Part shown: piece by piece, positions 26,040-35,141 of the stretch
Layout: each line of letters opens with the position of its first letter
Position numbering within the stretch: position 1 is the first letter of the stretch
IMG/VR virus record: IMGVR_UViG_3300017644_000036
Location: 1-41,730 of that record
DNA from: a virus
Lineage: Duplodnaviria; Caudoviricetes
Reading direction: 5' to 3' (one strand)
Length of the DNA: 41,730 bases
Notes under the pieces: model-generated
The model's input: the letters and a program-made list of their open reading frames with translations, nothing else
Told to the model about the DNA's origin: nothing
The model's database searches: none
Made by a program: the position numbers and the translations under genes

Positions 26040-26630
26040 GTGGCACGTGCACCGCTCGCGACGGTGGCCGACCTGTCGGCCTACACGACCGTCCCAAGCG
26101 ACAAGGTCGACCTCGCGGACAGGCTGCTGGCCTCCGTGTCAGCAGCCGTCCGCGAGGCGGCCGAGTCGACGATCACCCGCGAGACCTCGACGATCACGCT
26201 CTGGACCGAGGCGTCACGCCGGATCGAGCTTCCCGGCGGCCCCGTTCGCTCCGTCGACTCTGTCACACTCGACGGCGCCCCGGTCACCGACTGGGTTCTG
26301 CGCGGGTCGAGCCTGTGGCGCGAGGCGCCGTGGCAGAGGTACGGCGACATGCCGCACGAGCTCGTCGTCACCTACGACCACGGCCTCGACGAGGCTCCCG
26401 AGGACGTCGTGCAGCTCGTCTGCATGCTCGTCAGCGCGGGCCTCGCCGTCGACGGCGAGTTCGGCGAGGACCGCGGCCTGGCGTCCGAGCGCATCGACGA
26501 CTGGCAGCGGTCCCTGACCCAGGGCGACGCCGAGATCATCGACCCCACCGAGCTCCCCGCCCGGACGCGCGACATGCTCCGTGACCGGTTCGGCGGAGGC
26601 CGAGTGCGGGTCGTCGGGACGATCCGGTGA
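26040..26630 (+). CDS. Head-to-tail adaptor
   Basis: PLATVADL, VTYDHGLDEAPEDVVQLVC, SERIDDW. Confidence 0.8.
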   Translation: MARAPLATVADLSAYTTVPSDKVDLADRLLASVSAAVREAAESTITRETSTITLWTEASRRIELPGGPVRSVDSVTLDGAPVTDWVLRGSSLWREAPWQRYGDMPHELVVTYDHGLDEAPEDVVQLVCMLVSAGLAVDGEFGEDRGLASERIDDWQRSLTQGDAEIIDPTELPARTRDMLRDRFGGGRVRVVGTIR

Positions 26631-27025
26631 GCGCGGAGTCCGCGGCCCGCCGCGGCCGACGCGCTGCCGAGCGCCTCATGGCCGACACGTGCGTCGTCCG
26701 CCGCAAGCAGGCGGGCGCCGGCACCGACCCGGAGACGGGCGCCCCCGTCGACGCGTGGGTGCCGGTCTACACGGGCCAGGCCAAGCGCCAGTCCGAGGCG
26801 CAGTACGAGGTCACGCCCGACGTCGGGGAGTCCCTGCGCACGGTGCAGCGGTACCTCGCCCACTTCCCCGTCGGTGCGTTCCTCCCGAACGTGGGCGACG
26901 TCATCGAGTGGACGGCCTGCCCGCAGGACCCCGACCGCGTGGGCTCCAAGGACCGGATCGTCGGGCGGTTCAACAAGACCTACGCGACCGCGATGCGGGT
27001 CTACGTCGAGCAGGAGGTGCCGTGA
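26627..27025 (+). CDS. Head-to-tail stopper (DUF6093-like)
   Basis: GRRAAERLMADTC, VYTG, KTYATAMR. Confidence 0.78.
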   Translation: MSAESAARRGRRAAERLMADTCVVRRKQAGAGTDPETGAPVDAWVPVYTGQAKRQSEAQYEVTPDVGESLRTVQRYLAHFPVGAFLPNVGDVIEWTACPQDPDRVGSKDRIVGRFNKTYATAMRVYVEQEVP

Positions 27026-27219
27026 TGGGCGGATCTGTGCGAGGCCCGCAGTACGCGACCGGCGGCTACATCTCAGGCCCGGGCGACCCGGGGGACGACA
27101 AGATCCCCGAGCTGCTCGTCGAGCCGGGGTGCATCATCCGGGCAGACCAGGCGCGCGCCGCCTTCGGACCTCTGCTCGACGTGCTGAACCATCCCCGGGA
27201 GGAGCGCGACGATGGCTGA
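27025..27219 (+). CDS. Small protein with tape-measure-type ATGG..GPG..D.IP motif
   Basis: AGGAGG RBS; YATGGYISGPGDPGDDKIPELL. Confidence 0.55.
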   Translation: MGGSVRGPQYATGGYISGPGDPGDDKIPELLVEPGCIIRADQARAAFGPLLDVLNHPREERDDG

Positions 27220-27598
27220 CGGGCTGAACATCGACACCTCGCAGCTGCGCGAACTCGCTGCCGACCTCGGGCGCATCCCCGGGCGCGTCGAGCGCGACGT
27301 CGAGGCCGTCATGAAGCGCGGCGCCCAGAACATCAAGGAGGGCATGCAGGCCGCGTTCGAGGGGTCCCCCGCGTTCAAGGGCGCGGCGCGGACCGTCTCC
27401 TACGACCGCAAGGGCCTGTTCCGCTCGGTCGGGTACGAGATCGGCCCCACGATCGGCGGCGCTGGCTCGCTGGCCGGCATCGCGGTCGACGGCGGCGCGA
27501 ACGGCGGCGGCGGGACCGTGGACGTCGACAGCGTCCTGGAGGCCGAGGGCCCGAACCTCGAGCGCGAGCTCGGGAACATCCTGGACGGGCTGCTGTGA
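27212..27598 (+). CDS. HK97 gp10-like neck/tail completion protein
   Basis: IDTSQLRELAADL, GAQNIK, YEIGP; synteny. Confidence 0.7.
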   Translation: MADGLNIDTSQLRELAADLGRIPGRVERDVEAVMKRGAQNIKEGMQAAFEGSPAFKGAARTVSYDRKGLFRSVGYEIGPTIGGAGSLAGIAVDGGANGGGGTVDVDSVLEAEGPNLERELGNILDGLL

Positions 27599-27999
27599 GC
27601 AACCACGTCCCGCTGTACCAGGCGCTGTACGACCTGGCGCCGGCGAACGTCGCCCATCACGTCGGCGAGGCGCCCACGGACGCCGTCGCGCCGTGGCTCG
27701 TGCTGAACGTCGAGACGCCGGACTCCGAGCGGAACCTCGCGGCCGGCCACCTTGGCGGCACCCTGCGCCTGCGGGTGACGTGCGTGGCCGACGAGGTGTA
27801 CCTCTGCCACTGGCTGATCGCGCGCGCCGACGAGGCGTTCCGCGGCGCCCGCGTCGCGGTCGACGGCTGGTCCACCGGCGCCCTGCGCCGTACCGGCCAG
27901 TCCGGCCCGTACAAGGCGGGGCTGACCGCGACGGACACGAACCTGCGGTACCAGGTCGCGCAGCTCTGGTACTCGCTCACCGCGTCGGCCACCGCCTGA
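27595..27999 (+). CDS. Tail terminator
   Basis: GEAP..PWLVL; synteny before tail tube. Confidence 0.65.
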   Translation: MSNHVPLYQALYDLAPANVAHHVGEAPTDAVAPWLVLNVETPDSERNLAAGHLGGTLRLRVTCVADEVYLCHWLIARADEAFRGARVAVDGWSTGALRRTGQSGPYKAGLTATDTNLRYQVAQLWYSLTASATA

Positions 28000-28063
28000 C
28001 ACTCCCCCATCTCAGCCCCCAGGTGTCGCCTGCGGGGCCTGTCCGCATGCCCAGGAGGCGACC

Positions 28064-28294
28064 GTGCCCACCTACGTCCGCGTCAAGGACAACGACACGA
28101 AGCACGAGTTCGACGTGCGCGAGGGCGACCGACGCATCGGCGAGTCGCTGACGCTGCTCAACCGCAAGAGCTACCCGCCGTCGAACCGTCAGCGCCCGCC
28201 GAAGCACCACCTGAACCTCGCGGGCCAGTCGGCCTCGCGTGAGCCGGAGACCGCGCCCGCGGCCCCGGAAGAGGCCACTGAGAAGGAGAAGTAA
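28064..28294 (+). CDS. Small tail-region protein
   Basis: AGGAGG RBS; YVRVKDNDTKHEF. Confidence 0.65.
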   Translation: MPTYVRVKDNDTKHEFDVREGDRRIGESLTLLNRKSYPPSNRQRPPKHHLNLAGQSASREPETAPAAPEEATEKEK

Positions 28295-28296
28295 CC

Positions 28297-28824
28297 ATGG
28301 CCGCAGGCACCCCTGACCTTCCGGTCACCCCGGTCGACGGCAACGTCCGCATCGACATCGTGTCCGCCATCGCGAACATCAAGGCGCCGACCCTGACCGA
28401 GCTGAACGCGACGTCGAACCTCAACGCGTCGTGCTACACGACGGCGGACTCGGCGCTGATCGGCATCGACCAGGCCACGATCAGCGTGCAGCTGCTCTGC
28501 CAGACGGTCGACCGCAACGAGCCGGGCCGCAAGACCGTCACGCTCGGGATCACCGCCGTCGACAACACGAACAACGCCGACGTGGACGAGGACTCGAACG
28601 CGTTCGCGGAGCTCGTGCTCGAGGGCGACGTCTTCTACTACGTCGAGCGCCGCAACAAGGCGTGGGACGCGCCCTACGCGGCCGACGACGAGGTCTACAT
28701 CGTCAAGTTCAAGGCCGGGCAGAAGACGTACCTGCAGCCCGAGGCGAACAGCTACTCGCGCGCGGCCTTCAACACGTTCGTCCAGGACTTCGCCGGCCCC
28801 GTGAAGGTCGTCGCCGGGTCCTGA
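28297..28824 (+). CDS. Major tail (tube) protein
   Basis: IANIKAPTLTELN, LC...PGR, YYVERR; synteny. Confidence 0.85.
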   Translation: MAAGTPDLPVTPVDGNVRIDIVSAIANIKAPTLTELNATSNLNASCYTTADSALIGIDQATISVQLLCQTVDRNEPGRKTVTLGITAVDNTNNADVDEDSNAFAELVLEGDVFYYVERRNKAWDAPYAADDEVYIVKFKAGQKTYLQPEANSYSRAAFNTFVQDFAGPVKVVAGS

Positions 28825-28833
28825 CCCAGACCC

Positions 28834-28868
28834 CCCGCGGCCCGCTCTGACGGCGGGCGGGCCGCGGG
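28834..28868 (+). terminator. GC hairpin after tail tube gene
   Basis: CCCGCGGCCCGC / GCGGGCCGCGGG perfect 12-bp stem. Confidence 0.65.
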
Positions 28869-28915
28869 CCCCATCCCTTCGCCGTCGCCCAGCCGTCACG
28901 CCGTCAGGAGAACCC

Positions 28916-29446
28916 ATGTCGCTGAACATCAAGCGCGCCCGCACGACCGTCGCCTTCTACCCGGACATGGCGATCGCCTCCGAGGTCGAGGCCGCGCAGA
29001 AGGACCTCGACGCCGCGCGGGCCGCGCTCGAGGAGGCGACCAACGCCTCGAAGACCCTCGCGTCGACCAAGGTCACCGCCGCGAAGAAGGCGGTCGAGAT
29101 CGCCGAGGCCGCCTACGACAAGATCCGCGACGCCGCGGCGAGCACCGTTCTGGACGTCACGCTCGAGGCCCTGTCCCGTAAGCGCTTCGCGGAGGCCGAG
29201 GAGAACCACCCGCCGCGCGAGGACGACGAGGACGACGCGTCGCTGCGGGTCAACATCGACACGTTCCTCGCCGAGGTGCTCCCCGAGTCCGTCGTCGAGG
29301 TCAAGGAGCGCGCGACGGGCGAGCGGATCGCGGTCACCGCGGACGAGTGGCGCGAGGTCTGCGACGAGATCTCCGACGGCCAGTACCAGCTCCTGCTGCT
29401 GACGGTCTGCGGGCTGAACCGCGGGACCGCGCGCCACCCTTTCTGA
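28916..29446 (+). CDS. Tail assembly chaperone (gpG analogue)
   Basis: Between tube and tape measure; HPPRED motif; ends in slippery C-CCT-TTC. Confidence 0.85.
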   Translation: MSLNIKRARTTVAFYPDMAIASEVEAAQKDLDAARAALEEATNASKTLASTKVTAAKKAVEIAEAAYDKIRDAAASTVLDVTLEALSRKRFAEAEENHPPREDDEDDASLRVNIDTFLAEVLPESVVEVKERATGERIAVTADEWREVCDEISDGQYQLLLLTVCGLNRGTARHPF

Positions 29447-29886
29447 CCGGCCGCCTGGCGAACGACCCGGGCCTGCGCGACGAGGTCCGCCTCGCGCGCA
29501 CGCTCGGGATCTCGTACAAGCGGCTGCGCGGCTGGGAGCCGACCACGACGTACGAGTACGACGACGCTGGGCGGCTCGTCAGCTCACGCCCCGAGACCGA
29601 GTGGGACGCGACGGAGGTCGCGTGGATGCAGGCCCTCGGCGACTACGAGGCCACCCTGTGCGAGCACTGCGGGCTCCCCCGCGACGTGTGCCACGCCCGC
29701 GACATGGAGAACCGCGTCAAGGTCGGTGCGCCGTCGCGCTGCCACGTGACGACCGCGCTCCTGCGGGCCCAGGACGGGCGCGCGCGAAGCAACGAGGCGA
29801 TCGCGAAGAAGGCCGGCGGCGCGACGAACGCCGGCGCCTACGACCGCGCGCTCTCCTGGGGCTTCACGATCCTCGAGCCGACCTAG
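29437..29886 (+). CDS. Tail chaperone -1 frameshift extension (gpT analogue)
   Basis: The -1 frame is open from CCCTTTC (29437-29443) to TAG 29886; CEHCG motif; no clear independent start. Confidence 0.8.
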   Translation, partial: PFLTGRLANDPGLRDEVRLARTLGISYKRLRGWEPTTTYEYDDAGRLVSSRPETEWDATEVAWMQALGDYEATLCEHCGLPRDVCHARDMENRVKVGAPSRCHVTTALLRAQDGRARSNEAIAKKAGGATNAGAYDRALSWGFTILEPT

Positions 29887-30134
29887 CCGTCAACGTCGAC
29901 GCAGAGCTTCCCGGACGGCGCCTGATCGAACGGGCCAACGCCCGAGAGCGTGCAGTAGAACTCATCGACCTGCCGGTCATGCGCGCGAGCGTCGGCCACG
30001 CGCATGCCGATGAGGATCGCCGCCACAGCAAGGACCAGGACGCCTCCGACGACGGCGAGCCAGATGAGTCCCGTGGGCTTCTCCCACTTCCGTGCGCCAC
30101 CAGCGTCTTCGAGTGCTGCCTCCCGCGATCGCAT
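29883..30134 (-). CDS. Reverse-strand single-TM membrane protein (moron-like)
   Basis: LIWLAVVGGVLVLAVAAILIG helix, two Cys in the C-terminal part; fills the gap between chaperone and tape measure. Confidence 0.65.
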   Translation of the reverse strand: MRSREAALEDAGGARKWEKPTGLIWLAVVGGVLVLAVAAILIGMRVADARAHDRQVDEFYCTLSGVGPFDQAPSGKLCVDVDG

Positions 30135-30180
30135 CCGCCCATTCAACAGCACAGCGACCTTCCATCGGGGGTGAATCGGC

Positions 30181-33100
30181 GTGGCCAACCGCACCATCCG
30201 AATCGAGATCGACGCCGAGATCGGCGGCCTCCAGGCCCGACTGCGTGCCGCCGGACAGTCGGTTCGATCGTTCACCGCGAACGCGGTCGACAACATGCAC
30301 CGCCACAGCGCGGCGATCAACGACCTGTCGAAGTCTGCTGGGCTCATGGGCGCCGGGCTGGTCGCGTCGGCTGCCATAGCCGTCAAGGCGTTCGCCGACT
30401 GGGACGACAAGATGGCCCAGGTCAAGTCGCTGACCCACGCCGGAGTCAGTGACATGAACCAGCTCCGCGAAGCGACGATGGGCTTCGCCAAGGACTTCGG
30501 GGTCTCGGCCTCGCAGGCAGCGGACGCCGAGATCGAGCTGGTCAAGGCCGGCGTCTCGGTCAAGGACATGATGGGCGGCGCCCTCAAGGGCGCTCTGACG
30601 CTGGCCAGCGCCGGGCAGCTCGACGTCGCCGACGCGACGAGCATCGCGGCGAGCGCGATGACGCAGTTCGGCCTCGCCGGCACGGACGTCACGCACATCG
30701 CGGACCTCCTGGCCGCGGGCGCCGACAAGGCGCTCGGCTCGGTCGGCGACCTCGGCCAGGGCCTCAAGTACGTGGGCCCCGTGGCGGCCGGGCTGAACAT
30801 CAGCATCGAGCAGACCGTCGGCGTGCTGTCCGAGCTCGCGCAGAACGGCATCCTCGCCGACCAGGCCGGCACGAGCCTTCGCGGCATGATCCAGTCGCTG
30901 ACGTCGCCGTCGTCGATCGCCGCGAAGACCATGGCGAAGTACGGCATCGAGGTCTACAACACGCAGGGCGCGTTCGTCGGGCTCGACGGCGTAGCCGAGC
31001 AGCTCAAGACCAAGCTGGGGACCCTCGACCAGGCGACCCGTCAGCAGGCGCTCGGCCAGATCTTCGGCAACGAGCAGATCACGACGGCGACCGTCCTCAT
31101 GAAGGGCGGCGCCGCGGAGGTCGACAAGTGGACGAACTCCGTCAACGACCAAGGGTTCGCGGCTGAGCAGGCCGGCGGCAAGATGAACTCGCTCAAGGGC
31201 GACCTTCAGCGTCTCAAGGCGACCCTCGACAACGAACTCGTCTCGACCGGGTCGAACGCTGGCGGCCCGCTCCGTGGCCTGGTGCAGAGCGTCACCGCCG
31301 TCATCACGAAGCTCGACGAGGTTCCGGACAGTGCGAAGAACGCTGCCGTCTCTCTCGCTGGCAGTGGCGGGCTCGCTCTCGTCGGGGTGGCCGGACTCGG
31401 GAAGCTCGGCACAGCCCTCGGTCAGGCGCGAGCCTCGGTGCAGGCGCTCGGCGTCTCGGCTAAGGCGGCCGGGCTCGCTGTCGGAGCGATCGGCGGTCTG
31501 CTCACCGTGGGGGCGCTCGGCTTCGAGGCATGGGCGAAGAACGCCGCCCAAGCGCAGCAGCGCACCGAGGACTTCAAGTCGACTCTCGACGACATGGGCC
31601 ACACGACCGACGACACGGTCCGGCAGATCAACGACACCCTGTCGACCCTGAACTTCCACCGGTCGTTCGGCGAGTTCATCACGGGGTCCGACTCTATCGG
31701 CGTGATCGAGACCGCAAAGCGGATCGGCCTGTCGACCGAGGATCTTACGAACTACATCCTCGGTCAGGCCGACGCGGTTGACCGGGTGAAGAAGGCCGTC
31801 GAGGCCTACGACGGGATCTCCCCGACGGACAAACTGTTCGACCCGAAGATCCAGGAGAAGGCCGACAAGCTCACCGGCAAGCTCGACGATCAGGCGAAGA
31901 GCCTCACCAAGGCGCAGAAGGAGGCCGCGCTCGCCGCCGAGGCAAACCAGGAGCTCGGCGTCTCCGCTGATGACGCGTCGGCCGGCACGGATGCCGCCGC
32001 CACGGCGACCGCGGACTACACGTCGAAGATCCAGCAGGCGCAGCAGGCTCAGGAGCAGGCATCGGATGAGCTGCTGAAGTGGGCTCAGGGTGTCGGCCAG
32101 TCGGGTAACGCGGTGCTCGACCTGTCGAAGAACGTCGACACGGCGAAGCTCTCGTTCCAGGGGTGGATCAAGCAGCTCCAGGACCAGGCGCTGGCCGCCG
32201 CGCAGTGGGACGCCAACCTGCGCCGGATCGCGGAGAAGGGCGGATCGCAGGCGCTGCTGGACAGCCTGTCGAAGCTGAACCCGGAGGAGGCCGGCGCGCG
32301 CGTCAAGCAGCTCGCCGAGGGCTCGACGAAAGACATCGACAAGCTCAACGCGGCCTACGACTCCGCGCAGCAGCACGCCCAGGGGCTGCAGGACTACCTC
32401 ACGCAGAAGTTCGGGCCGAAGCCGGCACCGATCATACTGTCCGTCGACACGACGCACGCGCAGGCCGCGCTCGCGTCGATCGTGCAGGCTGCCGACCACA
32501 CGACGGCGAAGCTCACGATCGACGGCGACGACGGTCCGGTCAGGCAGACGCTCAAGGGCGCGAAGGCGAGCATCAACGACGCCGCCGGCACGATCACGAT
32601 CAAGGCGAACGACGGCCGGGCCGTCGAGACCCTGCACTCGTACAAGACGACGGTCGACCAGACGACCGGTCACGTGATCGTGTCCGGCACGGACGCCTCC
32701 GGGCGCCAGGTCGTCGCGGAGTTCACCTCGTGGGCGGACAAACAGGGCGCGGCGATCCGGGTCACCGCGGACACGTCGGCGTTCAACAACGCGATGCGTC
32801 AGCTGTACGTCCCGACGGTCTCGGTCGGCGTCCTGGCGCCCGGGAAGGCCGACGGCGGACCCATCAGCGGGGGCACACCCGGGAAGGACTCCGTCCCGGC
32901 GCTCCTCATGCCGGGCGAGCACGTCCTGACGACGTCCGACGTCGACAAGATGGGCGGCCAGAGCGCGGTCTACCGGATGCGCAGCATGGCCCAGGCGGGC
33001 CTCCTGCGGTTCGCGAAGGGCGGCGCCGTCCCGAAGACCTGGCACGGGAAGTCGCTCGAGTACTGGCAGGGCAAGTACGCGACGGGGACCGACTACCTCC

Positions 33101-34320
33101 AGCTCAAGCAGGCGATCTCGAACGACAAGGCGAGCCTGCGGGAGAAGGAGAAGTACAAGGACAAGGACGGCCACGAGCACCAGCGGTACGTGCTGCGCGG
33201 CATCGACCGCCGGGTCGCGAACTCGCAGCTGCACGACGACCAGAAGGCCCTCTCCGACGCGAACACCGCGCGGGCGTTCGTGAAGAAGTACGGGTCGTTC
33301 GCGTCCGCGATCAAGGCGCGTGACGCGGCGAAGGTCACGGGCCGGGAGTCCAAGGCCGAGTCGAAGGCACAGTCCGCCGTCGACCGGGCGAACGCCCGTG
33401 TCGACCGGCTGCAGGAGCTCTCGGACAGCGCGAAGAGCACGATCACCGGGTCGTTCGACCTCGCGTCCTCCTACCAGGGGGACACGACCGACGCCTACGG
33501 GTACACGGTCAAGGGGAAGGGCTTCACGAAGGCCGGGATCCTGGCCGCCGCGAAGAGCCAGGCCACGACGGCGAAGGACTTCGCGTCGGGGCTCTCGAAG
33601 CTGCAGGGGAAGCTCGGCACGAGCGGCGCGGCGCAGGCGATCATCGAGCAGGCGCTGAGCATCTTCGGCTCCGACCCCGCCCAGGGGCTGGAGTTCGTCA
33701 AGGCCCTGAACTCGATGAGCACGAAGGAGCTGTCGTCGCTCAAGTCGTCGTACAACACGATCGCCGCCGCGGGGAAGAGCTCGGGTCAGTCGCTGACGGC
33801 CGCGGACACGACCGGGGGGCTGTCGGCGGCCGAGAAGTCGGCGGACGACCTGTCTGACGCGCTCGACACCCTCACGACGAAGGTCGGCAAGGCCGGGGAC
33901 AACCTGACGGACGCCCTGCTCAAGCCGTTCGGGCTCAAGCTCGACAAGAAGGGCAACATCGTCAAGCGCGCCGCCGGCGGCTGGGTCGATGGCCCCGGCA
34001 CCTCGACGTCGGACTCGGTCCACCTGGCCGCGTCGAAGGGCGAGTTCGTCGTCAACGCGGTCGCCGCGAAGGCGAACGCCGGTCTGCTCGAGTGGATCAA
34101 CTCGCGCGGGGCGACGACGGTCCTGCCGACCTACAACGCGCCGACCGTAGCGACGACGACCAGCGCCCACCTCGAGGCGATGGTCGCGGCTGCGGTGGAA
34201 TCCGGGCTCGCCCAGGCGAGCATCAGCATCCGGTCGACCGTCGGCCTCTCCGAGCGTGACCAGGCGCAGATCGTCGTGACCGGCGGGAACCGGCTTCGCC
34301 GCGACGGGAGGACCGCATGA
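30181..34320 (+). CDS. Tape measure protein (TP901-type core)
   Basis: 1379 aa, Ala-rich; ADLLAAGADK, LKYVGPVA, GILADQAGTSLRG, LKGDL. Confidence 0.95.
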   Translation: MANRTIRIEIDAEIGGLQARLRAAGQSVRSFTANAVDNMHRHSAAINDLSKSAGLMGAGLVASAAIAVKAFADWDDKMAQVKSLTHAGVSDMNQLREATMGFAKDFGVSASQAADAEIELVKAGVSVKDMMGGALKGALTLASAGQLDVADATSIAASAMTQFGLAGTDVTHIADLLAAGADKALGSVGDLGQGLKYVGPVAAGLNISIEQTVGVLSELAQNGILADQAGTSLRGMIQSLTSPSSIAAKTMAKYGIEVYNTQGAFVGLDGVAEQLKTKLGTLDQATRQQALGQIFGNEQITTATVLMKGGAAEVDKWTNSVNDQGFAAEQAGGKMNSLKGDLQRLKATLDNELVSTGSNAGGPLRGLVQSVTAVITKLDEVPDSAKNAAVSLAGSGGLALVGVAGLGKLGTALGQARASVQALGVSAKAAGLAVGAIGGLLTVGALGFEAWAKNAAQAQQRTEDFKSTLDDMGHTTDDTVRQINDTLSTLNFHRSFGEFITGSDSIGVIETAKRIGLSTEDLTNYILGQADAVDRVKKAVEAYDGISPTDKLFDPKIQEKADKLTGKLDDQAKSLTKAQKEAALAAEANQELGVSADDASAGTDAAATATADYTSKIQQAQQAQEQASDELLKWAQGVGQSGNAVLDLSKNVDTAKLSFQGWIKQLQDQALAAAQWDANLRRIAEKGGSQALLDSLSKLNPEEAGARVKQLAEGSTKDIDKLNAAYDSAQQHAQGLQDYLTQKFGPKPAPIILSVDTTHAQAALASIVQAADHTTAKLTIDGDDGPVRQTLKGAKASINDAAGTITIKANDGRAVETLHSYKTTVDQTTGHVIVSGTDASGRQVVAEFTSWADKQGAAIRVTADTSAFNNAMRQLYVPTVSVGVLAPGKADGGPISGGTPGKDSVPALLMPGEHVLTTSDVDKMGGQSAVYRMRSMAQAGLLRFAKGGAVPKTWHGKSLEYWQGKYATGTDYLQLKQAISNDKASLREKEKYKDKDGHEHQRYVLRGIDRRVANSQLHDDQKALSDANTARAFVKKYGSFASAIKARDAAKVTGRESKAESKAQSAVDRANARVDRLQELSDSAKSTITGSFDLASSYQGDTTDAYGYTVKGKGFTKAGILAAAKSQATTAKDFASGLSKLQGKLGTSGAAQAIIEQALSIFGSDPAQGLEFVKALNSMSTKELSSLKSSYNTIAAAGKSSGQSLTAADTTGGLSAAEKSADDLSDALDTLTTKVGKAGDNLTDALLKPFGLKLDKKGNIVKRAAGGWVDGPGTSTSDSVHLAASKGEFVVNAVAAKANAGLLEWINSRGATTVLPTYNAPTVATTTSAHLEAMVAAAVESGLAQASISIRSTVGLSERDQAQIVVTGGNRLRRDGRTA

Positions 34321-35141
34321 GCGGAACGTGGGCGCGGCTCGGGCCGCTCGGGAACCTCCTCGAGCTGCCGGACGTGCAGGCGGGACGGGAGACGGAGCAC
34401 GCGCGCGCCGTCTCCACGTTCCCGACCCTCGGCGGCCGGGTCCGGGTGCAGTACGGGCCCCGCGCCCCGCGCACCTGGACGACGTCGAACACCTGGCTGA
34501 CGCCGGACCAGGCCGCCTACCTGACGGCGTGCGCGCAGGGCGCCGTCGCCGGCGACCTGTACCTCTACACGCAGGACGCCGCGCGGACGAACTTGCTCAG
34601 GCCGCACCTGGCCGCGCCCGGGTCGGCCGGGGACACGGCGCTCGGCGACGTCTCGGCGTCGTCGGTCACCGTGCCCGGTATCGGGCCGATGCGCGGGGTC
34701 GCCTCGGCGGCGGCGGCCGGCGCGTGGTCGGAGACGATCCCGGTCCTGCCGGGTGTGGCGTACACGCTCTCGTGCTGGGCCGCGGCTGCGGCCTCGATGT
34801 CGGCGGGGACGACGGTGCTGCAGTGGCAGACCGTGAACGCCGCGGGCGTGTACCTCGCGCAGGGCGGTGTCGCGACGTCGGCGGCCGGGGCGGTGGCGCG
34901 CGCCGTCACGACGTTCACGCCGGGGGCCATCGCGGTCGGTGTGCAGCTCCGCGTCGCGGCCGGTGCGGGGCGCACCATCAGCGCGCTCCGGCTCACCGAG
35001 GGCCCGCCGCCGGACGCCTCGTGGGTGCAGGGCGTCGGGGCCGGGCAGGTCGCGGTCGACGACCCCGGCATCACCCTGCAGGCCATCTGGGACGACCAGA
35101 TCCGCAGCGACTACTCGTGGACGATCCGGGAGGTTGGCTGA
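34317..35141 (+). CDS. Minor tail (distal-tail-like) protein
   Basis: Follows tape measure; TLGGRVRVQ..PRTW; beta-rich internal segment. Confidence 0.75.
   Translation: MSGTWARLGPLGNLLELPDVQAGRETEHARAVSTFPTLGGRVRVQYGPRAPRTWTTSNTWLTPDQAAYLTACAQGAVAGDLYLYTQDAARTNLLRPHLAAPGSAGDTALGDVSASSVTVPGIGPMRGVASAAAAGAWSETIPVLPGVAYTLSCWAAAAASMSAGTTVLQWQTVNAAGVYLAQGGVATSAAGAVARAVTTFTPGAIAVGVQLRVAAGAGRTISALRLTEGPPPDASWVQGVGAGQVAVDDPGITLQAIWDDQIRSDYSWTIREVG

Noticed and set aside
29977-34170. 1397-aa antisense ORF and other long shadow ORFs (e.g. 19455-21392, 24165-25826)
   Set aside because: Mirror frames of real genes caused by stop-codon scarcity in high-GC DNA; no recognisable motifs
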